From the NCBI GenBank assembly GCA_965216215.1, contig CBDCFO010000008.1, positions 534,726 through 598,725 of the forward strand: DNA of 64,000 nucleotides, read 5' to 3'. This document shows positions 9,570-18,321 of this stretch, one piece after another. The position numbers and the translations under genes were made by a program. Each line of letters opens with the position of its first letter. The stretch's first letter is position 1. The DNA comes from Bryobacterales bacterium. GTDB taxonomy: Bacteria > Acidobacteriota > Terriglobia > Bryobacterales > UBA6623. The notes beneath the pieces are model-generated. The model was not told the DNA's origin, ran no database searches, and was given only the letters and a program-made list of their open reading frames with translations.

Positions 9570-10949
9570 CTACTTCCGGATCTGGAGTCGCGGCAGGCCG
9601 AGCGAGGCGAAGTAGGCGTTAGGCAGTGCATAAGAAAGAGCGGGGCTTGCGGCCAAGCGCCAAGGGCCGTGGGCGCTGCCAGCAGTTCGAGCCGCCAGCC
9701 CTACACGCACATCCCTGCGACGCAGTTCCACGTATCTCCGCCTCCCACGTTTCCACTGTTTCCAGATCGCCGACCGCAACCTTCGCCGGGTCCACCCCTC
9801 TAAGCTTGCCAGCACGTATGGCGTTTCGCACTTCCCGAAATAGCCGAGCCATCCCCGCCAATAGCGGGCTATGTCCTCGACCATCCGTTCGTGGCTCACG
9901 CCCCGAGTCCGTCGCGTCAGCTCGCGCACCCGCCGCCGAAACCGCTGCACCGCTTGCGGTGCAATCCGCCGCTTCGGTTGTGGGTCCGATGACAGGCTGA
10001 AGCCCAGGAACTTCCGCTCCCATGGCCGCGCCACCGCGCTCTTGCTCTGATTCACCCGCAAGCGGAGCGTCCCGGTGATGAAACGCGTCACGCTTTCCAT
10101 CACGCGTTCCCCGGCCCGGCGACTGCCCACATAAATGTTGCAGTCGTCCGCGTACCGTGCGAACCGCAGCCCGCGTCGCTCCAGCTCCCGGTCCAGCTCG
10201 TCGAGCACGATGTTCGACAGCATGGGTGAGAGCGGACCCCCTTGCGGGGTCCCCTCATCCACCGGGCTCACCAGCCCGTCCTCCATCACACCGGCCGTCA
10301 GGAATGCCCGGACCAGCTTCAGCATCCGCTTGTCACCGATCCGTCGGGCCATCCGGGCCATCAAACGGTCGTGGTTCACTCGATCGAAGAATTTCTCCAA
10401 ATCAAGATCTATCACCCATCGCCGACCCGCAGCCATTTGCCGCTGGGCCGCCTCGACCGCCTGATGCGCCGAACGCCTCGGGCGAAACCCGTAGCTGTGT
10501 TCGGAGAACGTCCGGTCCCAGTGCTCCTGCAGGACCTGGGCCACCAACTGCTGGACGAATCGATCCAGCACCGTCGGTATGCCCAGCTTGCGCCTGCCTC
10601 CGCCCGGCTTCGGGATGTACACCCGTCTCACCGGCTGCGGTCGGTAGGTCCCGCTCAGCAGCTGTTCCCGGATGGCCGGCCAGTGCTCGCGCAGGTGCCC
10701 GGGCAGATCGTCGACGGTCATCCCGTCCACCCCCGGACTCCCCCGGTTTCCCCGGACTCGTGCCAGCGCCCGCTTGCAGTTGCTCCGCTCGCAGGCTCGC
10801 TCCATCCACTGTTCGTCTCTAGCCGGGCTTTCGTCCCGACGCCTCGCCGCGCTCGATTCGGTCCCTTCCCCGGCCACTTCCGGGGCTTCACCCCTTCCAT
10901 CGACCGGGAAGGCCAGCACTAGCTGGATGTTCTGCCGCTTTCCGCTCAC
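9570..10949 (-). CDS. Group II intron reverse transcriptase/maturase (no obvious HNH endonuclease domain)
   Basis: Motifs GSPGVDGMTV, RRVYIPKPGGGRRKLGIPTVLDRFVQQ, SYGFRPRRSAHQA, GTPQGGPLSP, FARYADDCNIYV and the maturase X region RYWRGWLGYF. Confidence 0.95.
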   Translation of the reverse strand: MSGKRQNIQLVLAFPVDGRGEAPEVAGEGTESSAARRRDESPARDEQWMERACERSNCKRALARVRGNRGSPGVDGMTVDDLPGHLREHWPAIREQLLSGTYRPQPVRRVYIPKPGGGRRKLGIPTVLDRFVQQLVAQVLQEHWDRTFSEHSYGFRPRRSAHQAVEAAQRQMAAGRRWVIDLDLEKFFDRVNHDRLMARMARRIGDKRMLKLVRAFLTAGVMEDGLVSPVDEGTPQGGPLSPMLSNIVLDELDRELERRGLRFARYADDCNIYVGSRRAGERVMESVTRFITGTLRLRVNQSKSAVARPWERKFLGFSLSSDPQPKRRIAPQAVQRFRRRVRELTRRTRGVSHERMVEDIARYWRGWLGYFGKCETPYVLASLEGWTRRRLRSAIWKQWKRGRRRYVELRRRDVRVGLAARTAGSAHGPWRLAASPALSYALPNAYFASLGLPRLQIRK

Positions 10950-11523
10950 GAGAAACGCCGTCCTACTTGCCTCTCCGTTCGTTCAGGCCTTCGGCCCTTG
11001 CGGGCCTACTATGCCGTCTGCTGACTTCTGCCGTCCGGTCAGGTCGGATTACTCCTCCCTCAGTCCGGAATCCCGGACGGACGGCAGACCTCCCGAGGTA
11101 AGTTCGACAGCCTTCAGCGCACAACCGCCGGATTTACAACCAGCGCCCTTGATGGAACTGGACTTCGTCGTCATCGGCCGACTCGTCCGACGCTGTATGC
11201 CTCGTATCCGGTTCTTGTCCATCGGCTCGCGCCTTTGTTCCACGCTTCCTTCAGACCCCGCCTCGCGACGACGCCCTTGCGCTTCGCTAGGACTTCACCT
11301 CCATCAGGTTGTCCAAGGGACTTCCACCCTCAAGCTGCCGAACATGCTCGGCACACCGAAAACGGCTTGTCTGCAAGCCCTAAGCGCAATCGCACCAAGG
11401 GCTTACCTGCTGCAGTGGGCCTTCCGGGGCCCACAACTCTGTAATGTCCCGCTAGTGGCCGCCTATAATGTCGCGCACCCGAGTTGCAATCAGTTCGGTA
11501 CCGCGTATCGTGCTATCCTCGGA

Positions 11524-11583
11524 CTGCGACAGGATTGGCGGTCGGACAAAGTCCGATGGCAATATATGAGATACCTGTCGCAG
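11524..11583 (+). promoter_or_regulatory. Nested inverted repeats in the leader/promoter of the TonB-dependent receptor gene
   Basis: Perfect 10-bp inverted repeat CTGCGACAGG (11524-11533) / CCTGTCGCAG (11574-11583). It encloses a 6-bp hairpin TCGGAC-AAA-GTCCGA (11542-11556) and an AT-rich AATATATGAGATA. It ends 20 nt before GTG 11604. Confidence 0.4.
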
Positions 11584-11603
11584 GAAAGTGAGGTAATTCC
11601 TTC

Positions 11604-14600
11604 GTGCCAAATGCAAAATACGCGCTGTTGATCGCCTGCGCGATCATGGCGTTCGTCCCGGTAGATGCGGGAGCGCAGTCACAGGCGACTCTCGTGGGCA
11701 CCGTTATGGACCCAACGGGTGCGGCCGTTCCGGGGGCGGAAGTCACCGTGTCAAACCTGGACACGGGTTTGGAACGCGTCGTCGAGACCAACGAGGTGGG
11801 CAATTTTAGGGTGTTCCCCCTGAATCCCGGTGATTATACCGTCATGGCCGCCACTTCAGGCTTCAAGACGCAGATTCGCGACGGCATCGTGCTGCAGGTG
11901 TCGGATGTGGTGGAAATGGACTTTGTCATGGAACTGGGTGAAGTTACGGAAACCATCGAGGTCACCGGGGCCGCGCCGATCATGCAGACGCAGGAGGCGT
12001 CTGTCGGTGACGTGGTCAACACGCGGCAACTCGAGAGGCTTCCCGTCAATCAGCGCAATTTCACGCGCTTGATTCTGTTGATGCCAGGAACGAGTTCGCG
12101 CAAGCGCAGCCAGTCTCGCGGAACTCGCGAATCCGGCACTCAGTTGTATTCGGTCAACGGCAGTCGGCCACAGGACAACAACTACATCCTCGACAACATC
12201 GACTCGAACATGCAAATGATGAACTCGCCCGGCATCTCGCCACCAATGGATGCAATCCAGGAGTTCAAGATCGCCACGAACACTGGTTCCGAGTTCGCCC
12301 GCTCCGCGGGTGCGAACGTGAACATGGTCATCAAGTCCGGCTCCAGGGAAGTGCACGGCACTGTCTACGAGTACTTCCGCAACGCCGAGCTGGACGCCAA
12401 TGAGTTCTTCTTCAACAGAAACAGAACTGCCACTTCGCCAACAAAAGTACCCTTCAATTTGAATCAGTACGGCGCCTCTGTCGGGGGGCCGATTCCCGGC
12501 CTCTCGGATAATATGTTCTGGTTCGTTTCGTGGGAAGGCTTCCGCCGTCGCAGAGGCAGCACGCAGACGTTTTCCACGCCGCCTGCGGACTTCCGCTCCG
12601 GCGACTTCTCCCGCGTGGCATCGGGCGTGTCGCGCCCGGTGGCGGGAGCGATCATCGATCCTCTGACCGGGAATCCCTTCCCGGACGCCGAGATCCCGCT
12701 GTCCCGCCAGAACCCGTCGATCCCGACCGCCATCCAATTGACGCACCCGTCCGGGCCGAACCGGCCGGGCGACACGAATAACTTCATCGGAAACCAAAGT
12801 CAGGCGAACGATCGCGACCAACTGCACTGGAGGTGGGACTACAACCTGAGTTCCAAGGACACTGTGTACTTCCGGTTCAGCAACCAGAACGCCGACCTGG
12901 TCGCTCCCAACTCCAATCCGAATTTCAGCGCGGATCGCGAATTCGACGTCTTCAACTATGGCGGCACTTGGAATCACATTTTCGGACCGACGACCGTCTT
13001 GCAGCTGACCTTCGGGACGAATCAGCCAAACAATCCCGGCATCGGCAGGCATCTGGGCGGACTCACTCGCCCCGACTTCATCGACCAGACTGGCTTGGAG
13101 ATGTACCAGCGGGACGTCTTCGGCGACCCCTTGGTCAGCATGGGCTTCGGCTCGTACAACGCCGGAGGCGGAGCCGGAGGGACCGTGACGGGGGACGAGG
13201 TCTACCAAGGATCCGGAAACCTGTCCATGGTGTTTGGCCGACACAGTCTCAAGTTCGGCGGCCAGTACCACCGGAGGCGCTTCTACACGAACACGTCGAA
13301 TCCCATGAACGGCAACGGATCATTCAACGGACAGCTGAGCGGATTCCCCATGGCCGACGCCCTGTTGGGATACCCATCCGAGATCCGCCGCGGCCAGGGG
13401 AACACCCTGACCAACGGCATCGGGCATTTCCTGATCGGTTTCGTCCAGGATGACTGGAGGATTTCCCAGAAGCTCACGGTCAACCTTGGAATGATGTACC
13501 AGTTCGGAAGCCGTCCATACGACACGACAGATCGTCTCGGCAACCTTTGGGTGCGTCGGGACGAGACCACCGGGGAGTACTTCGGCACGCTGCTTTGGGC
13601 CGAGAAGAACCCGCAGCCGGCGCCTGCGGGTGGCCGTGTCCCGACCGATGCCGAATTCGTCACCGGTCTGGATCCCAATATGGCGGGCTGGGGGCGGGCC
13701 TTGGTCGGTTCCGACTACAACGATGTTGCCCCGCGCCTAGGCGTGGCCTATCAGATGAATGACAAGACCGTCATTCGCACAGGCTTCGGCATCTTCTACA
13801 ACTCCACTTTCGTCCAGGAACTGCAGGACCTCCGCAAATTCTGGCCATTCACTGTTCAGCAGGTGTTCAGTCCCAACCGCGGAGGCATCGACCTGAGCAT
13901 CACCGACCAGGGCCCGCCCTTCTCTTCCACGGCCGCTATCGGCGGATGGCCGCAGCAGCCGACGAACCGCTCTCCGTACTCGATGCAGTGGAACTTCTTC
14001 ATCCAGCGGCAAGTGATGGACGACATGACGCTGGACGTGGGGTACGTGGGCTCCGGAACCCGGAAGCAGATTGGCTATTCCCCGTTCAACAATGCATTGA
14101 GCCCGGGACCTGGCGCAGTGCAGCCGAGGCGACTAATACCTTCGTTCGGGGATCTCGACGGCGGTTCCAACCAGTACAACGGGTCGTACAACGGCTTGCA
14201 GGTGAAGGTGCAGAAACGCTTCTCGGACGGACTGCAGTTCAACCTGAACTACACGTGGCAGAAAGCGCTTGACGGCCAGTCCTCCCTGGCCGAAGTCAAG
14301 GTACAGGACCCGTTCAACCGTCATTTGGACTACTCCCGGTCCAGTTGGGACACCCGCCAGGTGTTTAACTTCTCCTACGTCTACGAATTGCCGTTCGGCA
14401 AGGGTCGGAGGTTTGGCGGCAGCATGAGCAGCGCGGCCGATGCGATCGTTGGCGGCTGGGCGGTCGAGGGCATCACGCGTCTGGAAACCGGTCCCCCGCT
14501 CAATATCCAGCTCGGCCAGGACATTGCCAACACGGGTCGCTCGCGACAGCGACCGAATCTTGTGGGCAATCCAAACAACGGGCCCAAGACGCCAGATGCG

Positions 14601-14888
14601 TGGATCAATGCCAACGCCTTCGAAGTGCCGGCCGAGTACACGTTCGGCACAGCAGGGGCCTACATCACAGATGCGGACGGGATTGTTTCGTTCGATGTCA
14701 CATTGGCGAAGTCGTTCCGGTTGACAGAGAGCCAGAGAGTGGAAATGCGCGTGGAGTTCTTCAACCTACCGAATCACGTGAACTTCAACCTTCCCCAGGA
14801 GAGGATGAATCGGGGCAACTTCAACAAGATCACGAGTCAGAGCACCAACCCTCGCCAGATCCAATTGGCGTTGCGTTACGCATTCTGA
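11604..14888 (+). CDS. TonB-dependent receptor with N-terminal carboxypeptidase-regulatory-like domain (Acidobacteria-type)
   Basis: Signal peptide, then TLVGTVMDPTGAAVPGAEVTVSNLDTGLERVVETNEVGNFRVFPLNPGDYTV (CarboxypepD_reg), a plug region, and the C-terminal barrel ending ...NPRQIQLALRYAF. Confidence 0.9.
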   Translation: MPNAKYALLIACAIMAFVPVDAGAQSQATLVGTVMDPTGAAVPGAEVTVSNLDTGLERVVETNEVGNFRVFPLNPGDYTVMAATSGFKTQIRDGIVLQVSDVVEMDFVMELGEVTETIEVTGAAPIMQTQEASVGDVVNTRQLERLPVNQRNFTRLILLMPGTSSRKRSQSRGTRESGTQLYSVNGSRPQDNNYILDNIDSNMQMMNSPGISPPMDAIQEFKIATNTGSEFARSAGANVNMVIKSGSREVHGTVYEYFRNAELDANEFFFNRNRTATSPTKVPFNLNQYGASVGGPIPGLSDNMFWFVSWEGFRRRRGSTQTFSTPPADFRSGDFSRVASGVSRPVAGAIIDPLTGNPFPDAEIPLSRQNPSIPTAIQLTHPSGPNRPGDTNNFIGNQSQANDRDQLHWRWDYNLSSKDTVYFRFSNQNADLVAPNSNPNFSADREFDVFNYGGTWNHIFGPTTVLQLTFGTNQPNNPGIGRHLGGLTRPDFIDQTGLEMYQRDVFGDPLVSMGFGSYNAGGGAGGTVTGDEVYQGSGNLSMVFGRHSLKFGGQYHRRRFYTNTSNPMNGNGSFNGQLSGFPMADALLGYPSEIRRGQGNTLTNGIGHFLIGFVQDDWRISQKLTVNLGMMYQFGSRPYDTTDRLGNLWVRRDETTGEYFGTLLWAEKNPQPAPAGGRVPTDAEFVTGLDPNMAGWGRALVGSDYNDVAPRLGVAYQMNDKTVIRTGFGIFYNSTFVQELQDLRKFWPFTVQQVFSPNRGGIDLSITDQGPPFSSTAAIGGWPQQPTNRSPYSMQWNFFIQRQVMDDMTLDVGYVGSGTRKQIGYSPFNNALSPGPGAVQPRRLIPSFGDLDGGSNQYNGSYNGLQVKVQKRFSDGLQFNLNYTWQKALDGQSSLAEVKVQDPFNRHLDYSRSSWDTRQVFNFSYVYELPFGKGRRFGGSMSSAADAIVGGWAVEGITRLETGPPLNIQLGQDIANTGRSRQRPNLVGNPNNGPKTPDAWINANAFEVPAEYTFGTAGAYITDADGIVSFDVTLAKSFRLTESQRVEMRVEFFNLPNHVNFNLPQERMNRGNFNKITSQSTNPRQIQLALRYAF

Positions 14889-14931
14889 TCTAACTTGGCC
14901 AGGGGACCATTCAAGGTCCCGCACAAACATC

Positions 14932-14963
14932 AAGGCCCGCCGGGATCCCGGCGGGCCTTTTCT
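14932..14963 (+). terminator. Rho-independent terminator
   Basis: AAGGCCCGCCGGGATCCCGGCGGGCCTTTTC: a perfect GC-rich stem of about 12 bp followed by a T-run, 44 nt after the receptor stop. Confidence 0.75.
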
Positions 14964-15268
14964 GATGCAGGCTGCCACGGGGGCAAGCGGCCGCCCTCAA
15001 CTCCCAAGCAAGCGCTCCTAGACCGCAATGGGTCGAGATCGGGCGGGTGATCGCAGAGCGAGTGAATCACCTCGCGCAGAGCCCATCGCTCCTAGAGCCG
15101 ATTACGAAGCGGAACCGATTGATGCAGAAGCACTTCGTGACGCAGGCTCGCCTCGGCACCCGGCCTAGTGCAAGAGTCGCAGTCGGCCTATCCCGGTCGC
15201 GTTTCCTCTGGAACTCTTTGCATTCCGCGGAGCTAGACGCTGTTCGGGTATGGCCTTACACTCTTGAT

Positions 15269-15298
15269 ATGGCCGTAACCCAGCAGTTCTCAATTTGG
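15269..15298. repeat. Left terminal inverted repeat of the IS
   Basis: See the alignment in the IS feature (15269-17004). Confidence 0.6.
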
Positions 15299-15391
15299 CC
15301 TTTTTCTATCTCGCGAGCCGCTGAGGGGCCGGCAGCAAGGGGCCAGTTTCTGGGGGCTTAACTTTGCGGACACCGCTTTCAAACATAAAAT

Positions 15392-16762
15392 GTGCCCTCC
15401 GTTCCCAATTCCCGGGTGCTCGATGCCCTTCTGGACCGCTTCCAACAAGCCGCCTGCGCCCTGCCCGACCCCCGGACCGGCTCCAACAAGCGCTACGCCG
15501 TCTCCGATGCCGCTGCCTGCGCCCTCTCCACGTTCTTCTTCCAGTCCCCCTCCTTCCTCGACTTCCAGCGCCGCATGCACGAGGAGTCCGCCCGCTCCAA
15601 CTGCCACTCGCTCTTCGGAGTCAGCAAGATTCCGAGTGACAATCAGATCAGGAATCTGCTGGACGCTCTCGACCCCTCCCTCTTCGCCGACCTGTTCCCC
15701 CTCTGCCTCGACACCGTCCGCGACCAAGGGGGCCTCGACCCCTTCCTGCGCCTCGACGGCCGCCTCCTCATCGCCCTCGACGGGATCCAGTTCCATGGCT
15801 CGGACTCCATCCATTGCGAGCAGTGCTCGACCCGCCATGTCGGCAAGCACAAAACCAAGCAGTTCTTCCACACCATGCTCTCGGCCACTGTCGTCGCCGA
15901 CGGCCACAACCGCGTCCTCCCGCTCATGCCGCTGTTCGTCCAGCCCCAGCACGACCCCGCCGCCAACCGGCCCGACCTGACCGAAAACCAGCGCAAGCAG
16001 GATTGCGAGCGCAACGCTGCCAAGCGCTGGCTGCCCGCCCACATCCCCGCTCTGCGCCCCTACCGGCCGGTCCTGCTCGGCGACGATCTGTACTGCTGCC
16101 AGCCCCTCTGCAAACTCGTCGCCGACCTCGGCGCGGACTTCCTCTTCATCTGTAAGCCCAGCAGCCACAAGACGGTATACAAACAGCTCCCCAACCGCCG
16201 CATCTGGTCCACTGGCTGGATCCGCACCCGCAACCAGCGCCAGCAGGTCGAGTCCCATCGCTACCAGTGGAGAAACAACGTGCCGCTGCGCGCCGGCGAC
16301 GACCCCCTGCAGGGCACCTGGATCGACTTCGAGATCTGCCGCAACGGCGCGCGCACCTACCACAATTCGTTCTTCACCAGCCTCAAGGTCACCGCTGACA
16401 ACGTGGCCGCGATCGCCCGGGCGGGCCGCGCCAGATGGAAAATCGAGAACGAGCAGTTCAACTGCTTGGCGCGGCAGGGCTACAACCTCAAGCACAACTG
16501 CGGGCACGGCCGCCAGGGCCTGGCCAATCTGCTCGCCACGCTGAACCTGTTCGCCTTCGCGCTGCATGCGGTCCTGGACTGCGTCTCCGACCTGTGGCGG
16601 CAATGCCGGGCGCGCGTCGGCACCCGCCGCAAATTCTTCGCGACCCTGGGCTTCCTCACGGAGTGGTTCTGCTTCCGCAGTTGGACCGCCCTGTTCGAGA
16701 CCGTGTTGAGGAAGCGCCCGCCACCGCCCGCTCCCGGGGCGGCCGCGTGCGCCCCCTCATAA
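15392..16762 (+). CDS. DDE transposase, IS4-superfamily (the type RefSeq labels ISNCY-like)
   Basis: Contains LIALDGIQFH, LLGDDLYCCQP and the C-terminal block GRARWKIENEQFNCLARQGYNLKHNCGHGRQGLANLLATLNLFAF. Start codon (GTG 15392) is uncertain. Confidence 0.85.
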   Translation: MPSVPNSRVLDALLDRFQQAACALPDPRTGSNKRYAVSDAAACALSTFFFQSPSFLDFQRRMHEESARSNCHSLFGVSKIPSDNQIRNLLDALDPSLFADLFPLCLDTVRDQGGLDPFLRLDGRLLIALDGIQFHGSDSIHCEQCSTRHVGKHKTKQFFHTMLSATVVADGHNRVLPLMPLFVQPQHDPAANRPDLTENQRKQDCERNAAKRWLPAHIPALRPYRPVLLGDDLYCCQPLCKLVADLGADFLFICKPSSHKTVYKQLPNRRIWSTGWIRTRNQRQQVESHRYQWRNNVPLRAGDDPLQGTWIDFEICRNGARTYHNSFFTSLKVTADNVAAIARAGRARWKIENEQFNCLARQGYNLKHNCGHGRQGLANLLATLNLFAFALHAVLDCVSDLWRQCRARVGTRRKFFATLGFLTEWFCFRSWTALFETVLRKRPPPPAPGAAACAPS

Positions 16763-16972
16763 CGCAACCGGCCCGCCATCCTGCCAGCGACAGGCTCCTC
16801 TTCCAGTGGCCCTCAGTGGGGGGGCGTTGCGGCCAGTCCATGACCGCGTCATTGCCGCTGCCAGACGCCTCGACCCCCCGGATACCGAGTCAACAGCCGT
16901 CCGATCACCCCGCAACGGGTTCCAACGGCGCACACAAACGCTCGCAGATTCCACCCCACACGAGTCAGACCC

Positions 16973-17004
16973 CCATTCTGAGAATCGCTGGCCGTAACCG
17001 CCAT
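16973..17004. repeat. Right terminal inverted repeat of the IS
   Basis: See the alignment in the IS feature (15269-17004). Confidence 0.6.
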
Positions 17005-17020
17005 CAAATCGACGTACTCA

Positions 17021-17272
17021 TTGGACGTCGAGTCTGTGCGTGAACTGGAGGCGTTGGCGAGCAAGTGGAAGGTGCCGAAGTCCGAAGCGCTACGACGTGC
17101 CATCCGATTGGCAGCAGGGCAAGAGAACCTCGATGACAGCTCGAAACTTGCTGCACTCGGTCGGTTGCAGGCTTCGGTGCGCGATCGCAAGGTGGATTTA
17201 CTGCGGTGGGCGCGCGATTCGCGTACCGAGCGTCACGCGGGCGCTCGGCGGCTGCACGCCGAGCCCGAATGA
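17021..17272 (+). CDS. Ribbon-helix-helix (VapB/CopG-like) antitoxin; N-terminus abuts the IS end
   Basis: LDVESVRELEALASKWKVPKSEALRRAIRLAA is an RHH motif. The only start is TTG 17021 (or CTG 16988 inside the IS inverted repeat). Its stop overlaps the ATG of the downstream PIN gene. Confidence 0.6.
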   Translation: MDVESVRELEALASKWKVPKSEALRRAIRLAAGQENLDDSSKLAALGRLQASVRDRKVDLLRWARDSRTERHAGARRLHAEPE

Positions 17273-17525
17273 TTCACCTGGATACGAGCTTTTTGATCCG
17301 GGTGCTGGCCCCAGGGTCACAGGAAAATCGGAAGTTGCGGGCGTGGAATCGAGAGGGCGAAGCGCTCCCCATGAGTACGATTGCGTGGACGGAGTTCCAA
17401 TGCGGTCCTCTGGACCGATCCGACATCGAGGCGACTGCGTGATCGCGGCGATCGCGATTGCTGGCGGTGCCCCGCTCTCGACCGCCAATGCAGGGGACTT
17501 CCGCCGCCTCCAGGGTTTCGGCTGA
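17269..17525 (+). pseudogene. VapC (PIN-domain) toxin with an internal out-of-frame deletion
   Basis: The N-part MIHLDTSFLIRVLAPGSQENRKLRAWNREGEALPMSTIAWTEFQCGPLDRSDIEATA ends at TGA 17440-17442. The C-part DCVIAAIAIAGGAPLSTANAGDFRRLQGFG is in another frame. About 35 central codons expected in this family are absent. Confidence 0.7.
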
Positions 17526-17813
17526 CGCTGGCCTGAGAGGGCTTTCTGCAGGCGGCGAGGTTGCCGAGACTGCTCCCCCATTACCCGGGTCGAGGCATCG
17601 CGCTTAGTGCCGAAGCGCGCGAACTGGTGTGTCGTTGGTAGCCGAGGCTGGTCCCTGCTGTCAAGCTCATCCGTGAGTCGGGGACGTGGACCTCATGAAT
17701 CACTCCCAGGTAGCTTCGCGCTTGGTCGGCGAATGTCGATAGCGAGACCATCGCGCCCCTCTGCGACAGATTCTCGTGTTGATGCTTGCTGGGGCGTTGC
17801 GTGACTACTTCGC

Positions 17814-18321
17814 GTGATGACGTGGGGATCCACGGAGGCCAATGCACTGGTCTGGACATCTCTCCCATATGGACCCAAGCAGGTGGTGGCAAGCCTAACC
17901 GCTGCAGTTCTAGAATTGGCCGAGATGCCGGACCGGGTCATCACTATCGATACCGCGGCAGCCGAGGGCATGCCAAGGACCGTCCAGAAGGAAACTGCAA
18001 CCGCCGAGGAGTTGCTGAAAATAGTGAGCGTCACGTCGGACGACACGATCTTCGGTGAAGACAGACGATGCGAAGCTGCTGGCGCACATCTGGGCTGAAC
18101 CTCTGACTGACAGCCTCCGGCTGCTGACCTTCGGCCAGCCGCCCGAATTTTCCCGGGACACGCAGTTCGGCGCGGCCCTCGACACCTGGCACGAGAGGGG
18201 CGCGTTCGATCGGCTTCCCGTCGAGCTGAGGGAGGCGCTCACGTCCTTCCCTTCGCTGCCGCCCCGGGTCGTGCCGCGGTCCATCGCTTCGCCAGGCAAT
18301 CCGCGTGCTGGCACCAGTTAG
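17814..18321 (+). pseudogene. Unknown protein in two overlapping frames (apparent frameshift near 18060)
   Basis: ORF 17814-18098 (...VTSDDTIFGED) and ORF 18055-18321 (DDAKLLAHIWAEPLTD...) join plausibly. I recognise no family. Weak call. Confidence 0.25.

Larger units (their letters stand above)
9485..11478 (-). mobile_element. Group II intron (about 2.0 kb) with intron-encoded RT/maturase
   Basis: The minus strand starts GTGCGCGAC at 11478, matching the GUGYG 5' consensus. The IEP ORF sits in domain IV. Domain V lies immediately after the ORF stop. Domain VI is a hairpin with a GUGA tetraloop and a bulged A, and the 3' end is ...CCCGAU near 9485. Boundaries are accurate to about 5 nt. Confidence 0.8.
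15269..17004 (+). mobile_element. DDE insertion sequence (about 1.74 kb) with about 30-bp imperfect terminal inverted repeats
   Basis: Left end is ATGGCCGTAACCCAGCAGTTCTCAATTTGG (15269-15298). The reverse complement of the right end is ATGGCGGTTACGGCCAGCGATTCTCAGAATGG (16973-17004). They share ATGGC.GT.AC..CCAGC..TTCTCA...TGG. There is a single transposase ORF inside. I could not identify a target-site duplication. Confidence 0.65.

Noticed and set aside
11479-11603. Cobalamin or other known riboswitch upstream of the TonB-dependent receptor
   Set aside because: I could find no B12-box (GCCACTG-like) or other recognisable riboswitch core. Only the nested dyad is reported.
15290-16603. 437-aa ORF antisense to the IS transposase, and similar long antisense or alternate-frame ORFs (5682-6950, 11856-13271, 21047-21874, 24237-24818, 27507-28286, 32501-33451, 43107-44033, 46477-47484, 1714-2409, 456-1181, 10242-11631)
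   Set aside because: These are typical GC-rich shadow ORFs. They have Arg/Gly/Ala/Pro-biased composition and no recognisable motifs, and each overlaps a confidently identified gene on the other strand or frame.
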